Shown: one piece after another, positions 14,614 through 27,990 of the stretch
How the letters are laid out: every line of letters starts with the position of its first letter
How positions within the stretch are numbered: the stretch's first letter is position 1
Assembly (NCBI RefSeq): GCF_009914755.1
Contig: NC_060936.1
Origin: the human T2T-CHM13v2.0 reference genome, Homo sapiens
Direction: 5' to 3' (one strand)
Length of the DNA: 64,000 nucleotides
Translations under genes and position numbers: made by a program
Notes under the pieces: generated by a model
The model's database searches: none
Seen by the model: only the letters and a program-made list of their open reading frames with translations
Told to the model about the DNA's origin: nothing

Positions 14614-15300
14614 TGATGTTTTTGTTTCTTTACCAACAAATGAACACAAGCGGCTTTCGAAAATACTCCAAAAAACAGTGAGCTGTAGGCAAGATTTTAT
14701 TCTTCATGTGTGATATATTTTGGTAATTAAGGAGTCAATTCTTTGGCTAAATGCTGAAAGAAAAATGATGATTATTGTGTAGGATAAAGCTGTGAATTAT
14801 AGAATACTTTCAACTCTGTTTAAAATCTAATTAACATTAATTGTTACATTAATTTTCCCTGTGAAATTTACTAACTGTATACAAAATGATATTTAATCTT
14901 CCTAATGGAGGTCTAGTGTATTCGTTTCAGTCCTATTCGTAGGAATATGAGTTGAAATGGCAAAGTTATAGTTATGTTGAAAGTAATGAAGTAATTTTTA
15001 TATAAAACTAATTTATTAACTATCACATTGTAATTAATTAAAACACTCTTACTTTTACACAATGTTCCTGTTTTTAAAGTACTTTTGTGTGTGTGTGATA
15101 TACATATCTATATGTACATATATGTGGATTCCCACAGCGTCGTATGATACAAGCAGAACCATTAATTATTATTTATCCCCATACTTATGTATAATGGAGT
15201 TTCCATGAGGTTTAAAAACTTCCCCTGTAACATAAGGATAGTGGATCATGAAGTTCATAATTTGTGACCTTATTAAGTTCTAATTACTAGGGATACTTCT

Positions 15301-15969
15301 TGTTTTAGTTTGCTAGGGCTGCCATAACAAAGCATCAAGATTTAGTGGTTAGGCCAGGTGCGGTGGCTCATGCCTGTAATTCCAGCACTTTGGGAGGCTG
15401 AGGCAGGTGGATCACCTGAGGTCAAGAGCTCAATACCAGCCTGGCCCAACATGGTGAAACCCCGTCTCTACTAAAAATACAAAAATTAGTTGGGCATGGT
15501 GGTGCGTGCCTGTAATCTCAGCTACTCGGAAGGCTGAGGCAGGAGAGAATCGCTTGAACCCAGGAGGCGGAGGTTGCAGTGAGCCAAGATCGTACCACTG
15601 CACTCCATCCTGGGTAAAAGATTGAGTGGCTTAAGTGATAGAAGTTTCTTTTCTCACAGTTTTGGGGGTTAGAAGTCTAAGGTCAAGGTGTCGGCAGGGC
15701 TGACTGCTTCTAAAGCCTCTCTCCTTGGTTTGCAGACGGCTGCCTTCTCCCTGTGTTTTCACACGGACTTCCCTCTGAGCATGTTTATGTCCCAATTTCC
15801 TCTTTCTTATAAGGACACCAGTCGTGTTGGATTAGGGCCTACCCTAATGACCTCGCTTTTGCTTAATCACCTCTTTGAAGATCCCATCTCCAAATACAGT
15901 CACATTCTGAGGTACTGGAGATTAGGACTTCAATTTATGTATTGTTGGAGGATAAAATTCAACCATAAC
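15301..15969 (-). mobile_element. MLT1A/B-like MaLR solo LTR, interrupted by Alu
   Basis: TAGTTTGCTAGGGCTGCCATAACAAA...TCTTATAAGGACACCAGTC...CAAATACAGTCACATTCTGAGGTACTGG. Confidence 0.85.
15352..15617 (+). mobile_element. AluS (Sx/Sq-like), lacking its 3' end and poly-A tail
   Basis: Ends at CACTCCATCCTGGGT then TSD AAGATT(T/G)AGTGG. Confidence 0.9.
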
Positions 15970-16189
15970 GCTTGTGTAAATTGTGAAGAAAACAGTAATT
16001 AATGTATAGCTTGTTTTAAATTTTCTGAGTGAATGAGTTAAAGAGGCTATATGAAATAGTAAGTGCTATTTTAGCCAAGAAAATTATGTCTCAGCACATG
16101 TGGTTTGTGTTTCAAAAATATTTCTTGAGTAAAATGTCTGATTTATCTAATATTTTTAATAATGCTATAACCTTTACTATTTTGATAAT

Positions 16190-16580
16190 GGTAGTACTAC
16201 CCGACATATATTGAGTCTTACCATGTACCAGACTGTTTTAAACATATGCCCTGTATTAACATATTTAATTATTACAAGCAACCTATGGAATACTATTATT
16301 GCCCTAATTTTAAAAATATGGAAGCTGGCCAGGCATGGTGGTTCACGCCTGTAATCCCAGCACTTTGGGAGGCCAAGGCAGATGGATCACCTGAGGTCAG
16401 GAGTTCAAGACCAGCCTAGCCAACATGGTGAAACCCCATCTCTACTAAAAAAAATTTAAAAAATTAAAAAAAAGAGAGTAAACTCTGTGTAAGAACGCTA
16501 AATGACTTGTCAAAGGTTCTACGGCAATTAAGTAGCAGAATTGGAATGAAACCCAGGTTCTCAGGCTCTGGAACTTTTGA
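16190..16580 (-). mobile_element. MIR, interrupted by Alu left arm
   Basis: TATTGAGTCTTACCATGTACCAGACTG...AAATGACTTGTCAAAGGT...GAAACCCAGG. Confidence 0.65.
16327..16473 (+). mobile_element. Alu left arm only (S-type)
   Basis: GGATCACCTGAGGTCAGGAGTTCAAGACCAGCC; ends in A-rich linker. Confidence 0.88.
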
Positions 16581-16609
16581 TTAGCAGGCCAGTGGTTCTC
16601 AATGGGTGG

Positions 16610-17230
16610 ACTCTAGTTTCTGGCTAAGATGGAGTAAGAGGAAAAGATTTACCATCCAATGTAGAACAACTAAAAAATGTATCTAAATATGTAAAACAAT
16701 GGATTGTAAGACATTGGACTTCATGGAATGAAAGGCAGTGATCCCTGCGAGGAACCATATAGTTGCCCCACTTTATAATCGAGAGAAAGAGTTCCCAGGC
16801 TTGATGCTCAGGAAGGTGATACCTGACCCCTGCAGCCTGCAGTTGGAACACAGCACTGAGAGTCCAGGGAGACCAATGCAATCAGAGTACAGGGAAGAGG
16901 ACAAGAGTACTCTGCACAGGGAGCGAGAAAGAGCTTCACAGACAGTCAGAGGGTTCCCTTGAATCATCAGAGGAAAACAGATTAGTATATACATGTGCAG
17001 AAACTAGCCATGGCTGGGGAAAGAACTACCGAAGGACTAGAGGGAACAATTGCTGGAACTCATCTGGGGCTGGGAATAGTTCCTGTCCCCAAATCATAAC
17101 TCATGGGACATTGGGTAGAATATTCAGAAGAATTTTGACTCGGTGGGGAAAAATTAGCCCTACACTAAATTATGCTAGTTCCACCTTACCAAGCTTAAAA
17201 GAAAGACCTGAAAGGGTCAAACTGTTTCCA
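16610..17230 (+). mobile_element. Old L1 5' UTR region (L1MC/L1MD-type)
   Basis: TTTCTGGCTAAGATGGAGTAA start, GGCAGTGATCCCTG, GAGTCCAGGGAGACCA, GGGGAAAAATTAGCCCTA. Confidence 0.6.
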
Positions 17231-17552
17231 AGTTGAAGAGGAAAGGGAATAAACATTCACGAATTACTGTCATCATCGTGAAGGGACTCTGGATGTGAAT
17301 CAGTAGCTACACAAGAACCTTCAGTGTCTCTGAGCATGGGAAGATGAAAAGATTTGCTTTTCATGCAAGGAATTTAAATTTCCAATGTCATATATATGAG
17401 GACAAAATACATTAGTGTCTGAGTGTTCCCAGCACTTCTCCTCTTCACCCCACTGAAAAGAGTCTATCCACCCAGATTCTTCCCCTCCACAGCTCTTCAG
17501 AGAGGGTTCTGCTGGCCAGATTGGTTCAGAAAGAAGGTATTAAGAATTACCA

Positions 17553-17999
<447 letters not shown>

Positions 18000-18372
18000 T
18001 TAGTCATAGCTTTAACCAGATTATAGATTTACTGATTGGATAGATGTTTACTAAAAATTAAGTGAGCAAATGCAAGGACTAGAACAACATAGACAATATA
18101 TTCTGATTTTTATTTAAAAGAAATATGCAAAAAACACTATAAAATTTTACCCCAAATATACCCATCAGTATACCAAAAGTGTACCATGTATGCTAACAGC
18201 CATATAAAATTACTAAAAGGATATATACCAAGCTATTGGTAAAAGGTTATCTCTTTCACTGGGGACCAGGATTGGGCAGGTAGAAGGCAGTAGGAACATA
18301 GCAAGGAGATCCTTTCACTTTGTATTCCGTATATTGATGAGTTGCTTGAGTTAAATAAAACAAGAATTATAA

Positions 18373-18711
<339 letters not shown>

Positions 18712-21271
18712 CAGGCTTCAAAATTTTTAAACATTTAACTGGAATAGTAAGTAACCAACAAGCACTTAGAAAGTGCCTAGTGTTTATGATTCCTGCCACC
18801 TCAGAGAGCTACATTTGTGTTCAATCTTCGGACACTTAAATGTTTTCAATGTATGTAAATAATTATTGTTAAGATTTTCCTAATTTCTTTGTTAAAATGG
18901 TTCATTTCAAGGTTCTTTAGAGCTTGCATTTATTTCATTTTTTGTCATGTTTCTTTTCTCTTAGAATAAAAACCAGCAGTCATTTTAATTACCCCTGATA
19001 ATGTTCATGAATACTGCCTTGGCCTGTCTTCTGGTTTGGAACCTTTTCAAGGGCGAATGGATATTTGTCTGGTGTTCCATGTATAACCTGTCCTTGTGCC
19101 ACTTTTCCAATGTGGCAGGAAGGGAACAACTGTCATCTGTTCTGAGAATTCAGCACTGTGTCTGGCACTGTGGGAATTTACCCAGACTGCTTTGGGGGAA
19201 GACATCTGACACTTCATGATAATTGTAATTAACCAGAAAGACACTGGAATTGGAGGATTTGAAGGGAAATATGACAAGGGATTAAGACTTTGAGATTACT
19301 TTTGGAGCCAGGGTGACTTAAGCACATTTAAAAAGTTAGGTTTACTTATATATTATTATTATATTCTAAACCATAAGACATTTTCTAATAAGGTTTCTAA
19401 GAGGAACATGTAAACCTGGATCAAATTTAAATAAGGTTACTGAAAATATTAATGAAACCAATGACTGAGCATTTTATAAATGAGAACTGTATTGCTTTAA
19501 GTTGGAGAAAAGCTGCAAGTAAGACAACATATTTCTTCATTTGAAAGCTTGTGTCCTTATATGAGGGACATTGACAAATGAGTGGTGATAAAATGGTGGT
19601 CTATGTGCCATAAGGGCTTAGGTACATAAATTAATGTTTTATTAACCATAAAAATAAGGTTAAAAGGTTGAAATGTAGCCTTCATGTGTCTATGTAAAAA
19701 AGAGGCAGAAAAAAATCCTCAGCACTCTAGAGAAGCTTAGTCTCTGAGCAATCACTGCATATACTAATATATTCACATATAATCTAGAATGAATGTTAAA
19801 TAACAAAAATCATGTTCGTTTTTATATTTTGCTTTGCCTTTGGGATACGAAGTGATGGAACGAGCTCGTTAACACTGCTCATTTCTGGTTAGAAGAACAC
19901 TAGAACCACCTAGTGGATTTTTCATTTATTGCATGATCCCTACACTTTACTATTGCTAAATTGTTAATTGCTGAGATAGGCCTTAAAGTAAAATCAGTGG
20001 TTATAATCTCTTTGTGGGTCATAATAGAAATAGTAATTGTTAATCTTCAGCAGACAAAGCTGTCCCTAAGTCCTTGAAGGGAAGTCCCTGCCCACCAAAT
20101 ACTTACCAACTAGCACACTGCTGCATCTAGAAAAGCACAGGCAGAGTTAAACATTTGGCTGCTGAGATACACCGTGCAACTGGAGCTTTAAATTTCCTGT
20201 GAAAGTCAGTGAGCAAGGTAAACTGCAGCAATTCATCTGCATTCATGGCAGAGTCAACCTTTCGGTGAGCAAGACTAGGGAACTCTGCAGAGCACAGCCA
20301 AGGGGCTACATTAGCAGCTTGACCTTTGTATTCAATATAAATCTGTGGGCACACAAACTGGCGTTTCTAATCAATTTTGTTTTTGGAGCAAAGTAGCTTA
20401 TGTGGTTACAGCGTGCCCTGGTCATTCTGTTTCCCATTGCTGAACCAACTGGGTCTCCGCATCTTGGTGGTGATGACAGATGTTACGTATATTACATTGG
20501 GATTTGGGTCAGATAAATAGCAAATATTCTGGGAAAGGATACTTTATGTTTTTGCAAAAGGTTATAAAATACCAAACTTTAGTAAACCCTGATTCTAGGC
20601 CAAAGGTTAACCCTTTATATCTATGATTTATTAGGTATCAAAAGAAAAAAGTCAGGATCTAAGGGGAATGGAAAAGTTTCTGCTATTCTAACCTAAGAGC
20701 TGGTTGTCTTCTCCTAGTAAACTAACTGTTCAGCAGATGGGATGCATCGGGCTACAAGGTTGGTGCTTTCCAGCCGGCACCGCGTGTGAAGGGCATGTGG
20801 TTGGGCTGGGCTCTCCAAGTCTGCATGGCTTGGGTTGACTATAACCAGGGGAAACACGCAGTGGCTACAACTGCTTCTCCTAACAATTCTCGTTTCATTC
20901 TCTTCTCCCACAGTGTGAAGGAGGCTAGGTGGATATTCTCTGGGGCTTGAAATTTCACACTGCAAATTTTACGAGAGTGATGATCTCTTCCTAACTCTTT
21001 AGAAGCCAAGATAGGAAAAATTTCAGTTTACAAGAATAAAGCCCAATCCCTCTTCTTATGTTGGAATGTCCAGTAAAATGCTAAGAAACGGGTGGGTAGA
21101 AGAAGAGGAAAGGAAGAAGAGAAACAGAGAGGAGAGTAAGGAAAAAATAGAAAAGGCAGAAAAAAATAATGTACATGAACAACAACAAAAATAGTGACAA
21201 ACAGAATGGACTATAGAGATAGGGGAGGGTAGTGAAGGGCTTCAGAGAAGTCAGGTGAAGGGCCTTCTTTT

Positions 21272-21642
<371 letters not shown>

Positions 21643-21989
21643 TGAGGTCTACCCTCTTAAAAATTGTGTGCATAATACAATACTGTTAACTAGAGGCACA
21701 GGTTGTACAGCAGATCCCTAGAATTTATTCATCTTGCATAACTGAAACTTCACCCCTGTTGATTAGCAATTTCCCATCCTTGCACCCCAGTCCTTGGTAA
21801 CCACCATTTATTCTACTCTCGCATTATGTGAAATGGACTATTCTAGATACCTCCTCAAAGTGCAATCTTGCAGTATTTGTTCTTCTGTGACTGGCTTATT
21901 TCACTTAGCATAATGTCATCAAGTTTCATTCCTATTATATATGTCAACATTTTCTTCTTTTTAAAGGCTGAGGCTGAGTAATATTCCGC

Positions 21990-22032
21990 TGTGTGTGTGT
22001 GTGTGTGCGCGCGTGCATGTGTGTGTGTATAT
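21990..22032. repeat. (TG)n/(CG)n microsatellite
   Basis: Alternating purine-pyrimidine run. Confidence 0.85.
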
Positions 22033-22153
22033 AATATTCCAATTTACGTATTCATCCATTGATGAACATTTTGGTTATTTCCACATCTTGTTTTTTTTGA
22101 ATAGTGCTGCAGTGAACAGTGGGATACTAATATTTCTGAGATCCTGATTTTAG

Positions 22154-22450
22154 TTTTTTGTGTTTATTTTTTTTGAGACAGGGTCTCGCTCTGTTGCCCG
22201 GGCTGGAGTGGTGGCGCCATCTCGGCTCACTGCTGCCTCAATCTCCTGGGCTCAAGTGATCTTCCCACGTCAGTCTCCTGAGTAGCTGGGAGTATAGACC
22301 ACCATGCTCAGCTAATTTTTGTTTATTTTTTGTAGAGACGAGGTCTCACTATGTTGCCCAGGATGATCTCAAACTCTTAGACTGAAGCGATCCTCCTGTC
22401 TCAGCCTCCTAAAGTGCTGGGAATATAGGCATGAGCCACCATGCCAGGCC
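22154..22450 (-). mobile_element. AluJ
   Basis: GAGACAGGGTCTCGCTCTG...GGGCTCAAGTGATC. Confidence 0.88.
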
Positions 22451-24734
22451 CCAGTTTCAGTTATTTTAGATAAATACCGAAAAGTGGGATTGTTGGATCA
22501 TCTGGTAGTTCTATGTTTTCAATATTTTTAATTTTTCCCAGCTTTTTTGAGGTATAATTGACAAAAATTGTATATATTTGAGGTATACTATGTGATAATT
22601 TAAGTTGTGAAATGATTACCACAATCCAGTTAATTGACACATCTGTCATCTCACATAATTACCATTTGTGTGTGTGTGGTGAGAACATACAATATCTACT
22701 TTCTGAGCAAATTTCAAGCATGCAGTATGGTATTATTAACCGTAATTATCATGCTGTACTAATATTGGATCCCTAGAACTTAATTCATCTTACAACAGAA
22801 AGTTTACATCCTTTGCTCAACATCTATTTCTCCTACCTCTGGATCTCTGGTAACCAATTTCTACTCTCTGTTTCTAAGAGTTCAACTTTTTTAGATTTCA
22901 CATATAAGTAGAATCAGACAGTATTTATCTTTCTTCATTTGGCTTATTTCTTTTAGCATGATGTCCTTCAGATTCATCCATGTTGTTGCAAATGGCAGGA
23001 TTTTCTTCTTTTTTTAAAGACTGAATAAGATTTTCTTTTTATGCATACATATTGTCTTTATCCATTCACCTGTGATGGACACTTAGGTTGTTTCCATACC
23101 TTGACTATTACGAATAATGCTGCAATGACCATGGGGATACAGATATTTCTTCAAGATACTTATTTACTTTCCTTTGGATATAGACCCAGAAGTGGGATTG
23201 ATTTTATTATATAGCAGTGTTGTTCTTCACTTTTTGAAGAACTGCCATACTATTTTCCATAGCAACAGCACCATTTTGCATTCCCACAAACAGTATGCAA
23301 GGGTTCCAATGTCTCCACAACTTCACCAACACTTTTCTCTTTTCCTCGGAGCTTTTTGTCTGTTAAACCCCAGCTTCCCCCAGCCTGAAGCATAGTTGAC
23401 AAAGATTGTATATATTTACAGCGTACAACATGGTGTTTTGATATATGCATACATTGTAAAATGATTCAATCAAGCTAATTAACATAGCCGACACTTCATG
23501 TACTTATCTCTTTTTTTTTTTTTGTGATGAGAACATTGGCTTTTTGATAGCCATCCTAATAGATGTGAGGTGATATCTCATTGTGGTTTTGATTTACAGT
23601 TTCCTGATTAGGTGATGTTGAGCATCTTTTCACATTCATGTTGGCCATTTGTATGTCTTCTTTGGAAAAATGTCTTTTCAGGTCTTGAGCCCCGATTTAA
23701 TTAGGTTATTAGTATTTTTGCTCTTGAGTTTTAAGAGTTCCTTGTATATTTCAGAAATTAACCCCTTCTCCATTACATAGTTTGCAAATGTTTTCTCCCA
23801 TTCTATGGTAGTTTTTTTCATTCTGTTGTTTCCTTTGCTCACAGAAGCGTTTTAGTCTGATGTAGTCCCATTTGCGTATTTATGCTTTTGTCGCTGTGCT
23901 CTTGGTGTCATATCTATGAAATCCTTGCCAAGATCAATGTCATGAAGATTTTCCCTTATGCTTTCTCCCAGTGGTTTCACAGTTTCAAGTCTTACATTTA
24001 AGTTTTTAATCTACTTGGCATTGATTTTTGTGTACAGTGTAAGATATGGATCCAAATTCATTCTTTTGCAGTTGGAGAGCCAGTTTTCTCAACACTATTT
24101 GTTAAAGAAACCATCTTTTGCCCATTGTATATTCTTGGCACCCTTGTCAAAGATCAATTGATCATATATACGTGGGTCTATTTCTGGGCTCCTGATTCTG
24201 TTCTATTGGTCTATAGTCTGTCTTTATGCCAATACCAAAGTGATTTAATTATGGTTGCTCTGTAATGCATTTTGAAATCAGGAAGTGTGATGCCTCTAGC
24301 TTTGTTCTTTCTCAAAATTATTCCGGCTACTCAGGGGCTTTTGTATTTCCATATAAATTTTAGAATTGTTTTGCCTATTTCTATAAAAAATGCCATCGAG
24401 ATTTTAATAGGAATTGCACTGAATCTATAGATTACTTTCGGTAGTGTGGATACTTCCACAATAATAAGTCTTGCAATCCATGAACCAGGATGAAGGGCTT
24501 CTATATATAGGGCATCAGTTCTCAAGATTGGCTGCTGGGCTTCTCAGAGCCCATGAAGATAATAATGAGACACTGTTAGTTAATTTTAATATTTTAAAGT
24601 TTGATATTCTATCTTTTAACGTTTACAGGAATTTGAAATTGTATATTTATGTGTGTACCTATTTGTTTCATGGCTCTATGAAGGCAGGACCATGTCTCTT
24701 TTACTCACCACAGAACAACTAGCACCACTGTTGT

Positions 24735-25490
24735 GCAGTAGAGCCTGATGGTTAGAGCTGCACGCATGGGCAGACCTCCCGGTTTGCCATCCTGCTGCGA
24801 CCACTGACTACCAATGGCACATATACCACCAATTGGCTAGGCTAACAAACATTCCAAGCCCCATTTTGCCTTGTTGCCTTCCATTATAGAGGCTTGTACA
24901 AGAAAAAAAACCCTACATTTTACTTTCCCACTCTCATGCTGCTGGGGGATGGTCAAAGGACACAGACTTGGCCAATGAGGGGTTAGCAGAAAGCTGGCGA
25001 AGGATTCTGGAAAGGCTTTGAATTCCTGCTGAAAAGGAAAAATGCAGTTGACAGATGACACTACCCTCTCTCTTCTTAACTTAAACGTGGATGTGATGCT
25101 TGGATATAGGTCCGCCATTCTGTGCTTCTGAGGGAAAGAGTCAGTCAATTCTCAGAGGGAGCAGCTCTAACACCGTGGAGCCATGGAATGAACACTAGGA
25201 ACAAATGACCTCCCAGCTGATTGTTATATGAGAGAAATAAATGTCCATTTGTTTCAGCCACTGTACATAGGGCTTTCTGTTCTTTTTCAGCAAAACGCTC
25301 CTATTACAGCAGTTTTGTGACTTCAAGCAAGTTACTTTACTCTGTTTTAATGTTCCCATTTAAAAACAGGGATTATACCAATATCGTCCTCATAGGGTTG
25401 TTTGAAAGACTAAATGAGATAATATACGTAAAGAGCACAGAGTAAGCACTAGATAGGGATAAATTACTATTTTTATTACTATTTTGATGA
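24735..25490 (+). mobile_element. MIR, split by an ERVL LTR
   Basis: TGGTTAGAGC start; GTGACTTCAAGCAAGTTACTT...CCTCATAGGGTTGTT...TAAATGAGATAAT. Confidence 0.7.
24816..25308 (+). mobile_element. LTR33-like ERVL solo LTR
   Basis: TGGCCAATGAG...TTCTGGAAAGGCTTTG...GTGGATGTGATG...GAGAAATAAA; similar to 52399-52913. Confidence 0.6.
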
Positions 25491-25551
25491 TGGGCTCTTA
25501 ATAAGTCTTAGATGAATAAGTGGAGTAGGTCAAACCCAAAGGGTATGGCTT

Positions 25552-25580
25552 CAACCCAAGGCAACCCAAGGCAACCCAAG
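25552..25580. repeat. 10-bp tandem repeat x3
   Basis: CAACCCAAGG CAACCCAAGG CAACCCAAG. Confidence 0.85.
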
Positions 25581-27774
25581 ATAACTCATTTTTTTCTGTT
25601 TGAGAAAAATGAGAAAGGGTGGAGAAATGAGAGGAAGGTGGGGTGCGGGGAAGGAGGCAGGGCTAAAGTGGAGCCAGGTGGGTGCTGGGTGGGGGGGAAA
25701 ATGCCCTATGAAAATCTCCCATGGTGAATGGTCAATGTGTTGGGGCCAACATATTGGCCATGTGTGGTCCAGGCATGCCAGTATCAACAGACACTAAATA
25801 AACATTTTTTTTTTTTGGCTCATTGAATAAATGAATGCATTGTGAGGGTGTTCATTAACAAAGAAATTGCCATCTCATCCTTAAAACTGAAGAGATAGAA
25901 GTGAGAGGGCAGAAGGTTTTTCTCCAGTGTCACTCGCACACCTATTATAATATTTGCCTGGAATTATGTGGGTGAAGATGCATTGCTCAATAATTGCCTG
26001 TGCCCTCGCAAGGAGCAGAGGAGAACATCCGGTGGGAGCAGAAGCAGAGGCAGAAAGAACAGATTTCCCACGGAGTAAAATATTCTGTTCTCATAAAAAG
26101 TCCCTTGCTGTAACAAACGAGAAAATGAAAAGGAGAGCCTGTAGAAGAGAGGCAGACACCTCTTAATAGGCACATCTCTCCAAAGTTTCCCACCAGGGGC
26201 CAACTGTTCATTAAACAGGGAACAAATGCGGGAGCGTAGCTGTGATGGGCTCCATTCCACAGCCCAGTGCTGGGACTGCAGTGCGCTAGGAAGGGCGTCG
26301 CTGTTGTTGCTGTGGCCCGGTGTGACAGCAGGTCTGGCATGTCAGAATCGCCCTGCACAAATAGCTCCTGTGCAGCTGCTCTCACCCAAACCTGCTCTGA
26401 GGAGGCTCAGTGCATTCTAATCCTTCCTAAAAACATGGACAGAAAGCAATGGAAAGTTGACATGTATAAAAGGTTTAGTCATGGGGTTTTTAAGTGGATG
26501 CCTCCATGAAAGGATCAACTCAGATGGCCACGTTTCTGAACATTATTTACATCAAAACCTGACATAAATGCCTCAGATCTAGCTATTTTCTTCCTCTATC
26601 CTCTTTTTACATGTCTCCTTTTCCCTCTCGATTGCTTTAGCTTGTAACCTGCATGCGCTTTCAAATGTGGTAAGCAAATAGAAAGCAAGACGCCATTTGA
26701 ATAGTGAATGGACTTGTATTCCTGTTTAGGAATGTGTAGTTGCCCTTGGGCTTTCTCAGTTATAAGACTCATAAAATAAAACCTTAACACAGATGGAACA
26801 CACACACACACACGCACATGCACCACTTAAAGCAGATGTGAGTCAAAAACATATGCTGATGAACTCAATTTGCTGATGGCATTCTGAGCAGTGAGCCCAC
26901 TCAGTAGGGCTGAAGGGTTGGCATAGCAACTCTTCCTGGGAAAAAATAGACAGCTGGAATAAACCATGACGATGAAAGTCTTCTTCCAATGACTGAAGAA
27001 GTAGAGAGAAATTGCCATCTCTTCTAACCCCTTCAAGCAAAGCACCTTGGTTGAGGTTTATAGACTAGGATCTTACAAATTAGAAGTTCATGTATTTTCC
27101 TAGGTCAGATTCTATACCTTGGGTTATATTCCAGCTAAGAAACACTTTCAGATAGGCTGCATGGGGCTGTGGGGAAAGAGAGAGCACAAACCTCCAAAAA
27201 GCATGGAGCTTTGACCAAAGTTTATTTCTGTAACTTATCCTAAGGCTATGCCGAGTGAAGACTTGTTTACTCTAGCTGTAACTTACTCCATCACATAGCA
27301 CCATTACTTTGAGAAATTAACATATTCATTCTCAATTATTTATCAAGTATCCAGCACTAGCAATAGGGACACAGTCCCTGCTTTTGAGGGATTCATGACT
27401 AGGCAGACAGCACCCTGAGTATATTAATTAAGATCTGATCCCATATTAGAATAATATGCACAAGAGACTTATTACCTCTGTCTCCTCATTCCTATAAACA
27501 TTTATCTGGGACCTATCTTATGTGGACTGTGCTAGGTGCAATGCCAAGGGATAAAGCAAGTTAAATGGCAACAGTCCTATTCGACAGGCCAGGGACTCAG
27601 GATCAGACTCAGGACCCTTTCCCTCTTGTTGCAAATCCTGCTATGTGTGGGCTCAGCCCCAAACTGTCTCTGAAATCTCAGAAATGAGCAAAGGCTAAGG
27701 ATGTCAAATTGGCTTTGAGATATGCCTGTAGACTGATAACAATAGTGATGATGACGATGATATTAGTTAATACA

Positions 27775-27990
27775 AGAAAGCTAATACTGTGCTATTATTA
27801 CCAGGCACTGTTCTAAGTACTTTAAATAACTTATTTCATATACTCTTCTGTCATTTAGTATGCATACCATTATTCTCCTTCCCATTATCCATATGAGGAA
27901 AGCAAGGCACTGAGTTAAAACGACTCACCTTTAACTGTTCATCTATCAGGTAAGCTAACCCCGGAGCCTACATAAATTCTTAACTATTAA
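27775..27990 (-). mobile_element. MIR
   Basis: CCAGGCACTGTTCTAAGTACTT...ATGAGGAAAGCAAGGCAC. Confidence 0.7.

Noticed and set aside
19902-19918. CTCF-like CCACTAGGTGGTTC (minus strand)
   Set aside because: Lacks the conserved C after GGTGG; too weak to call without data.
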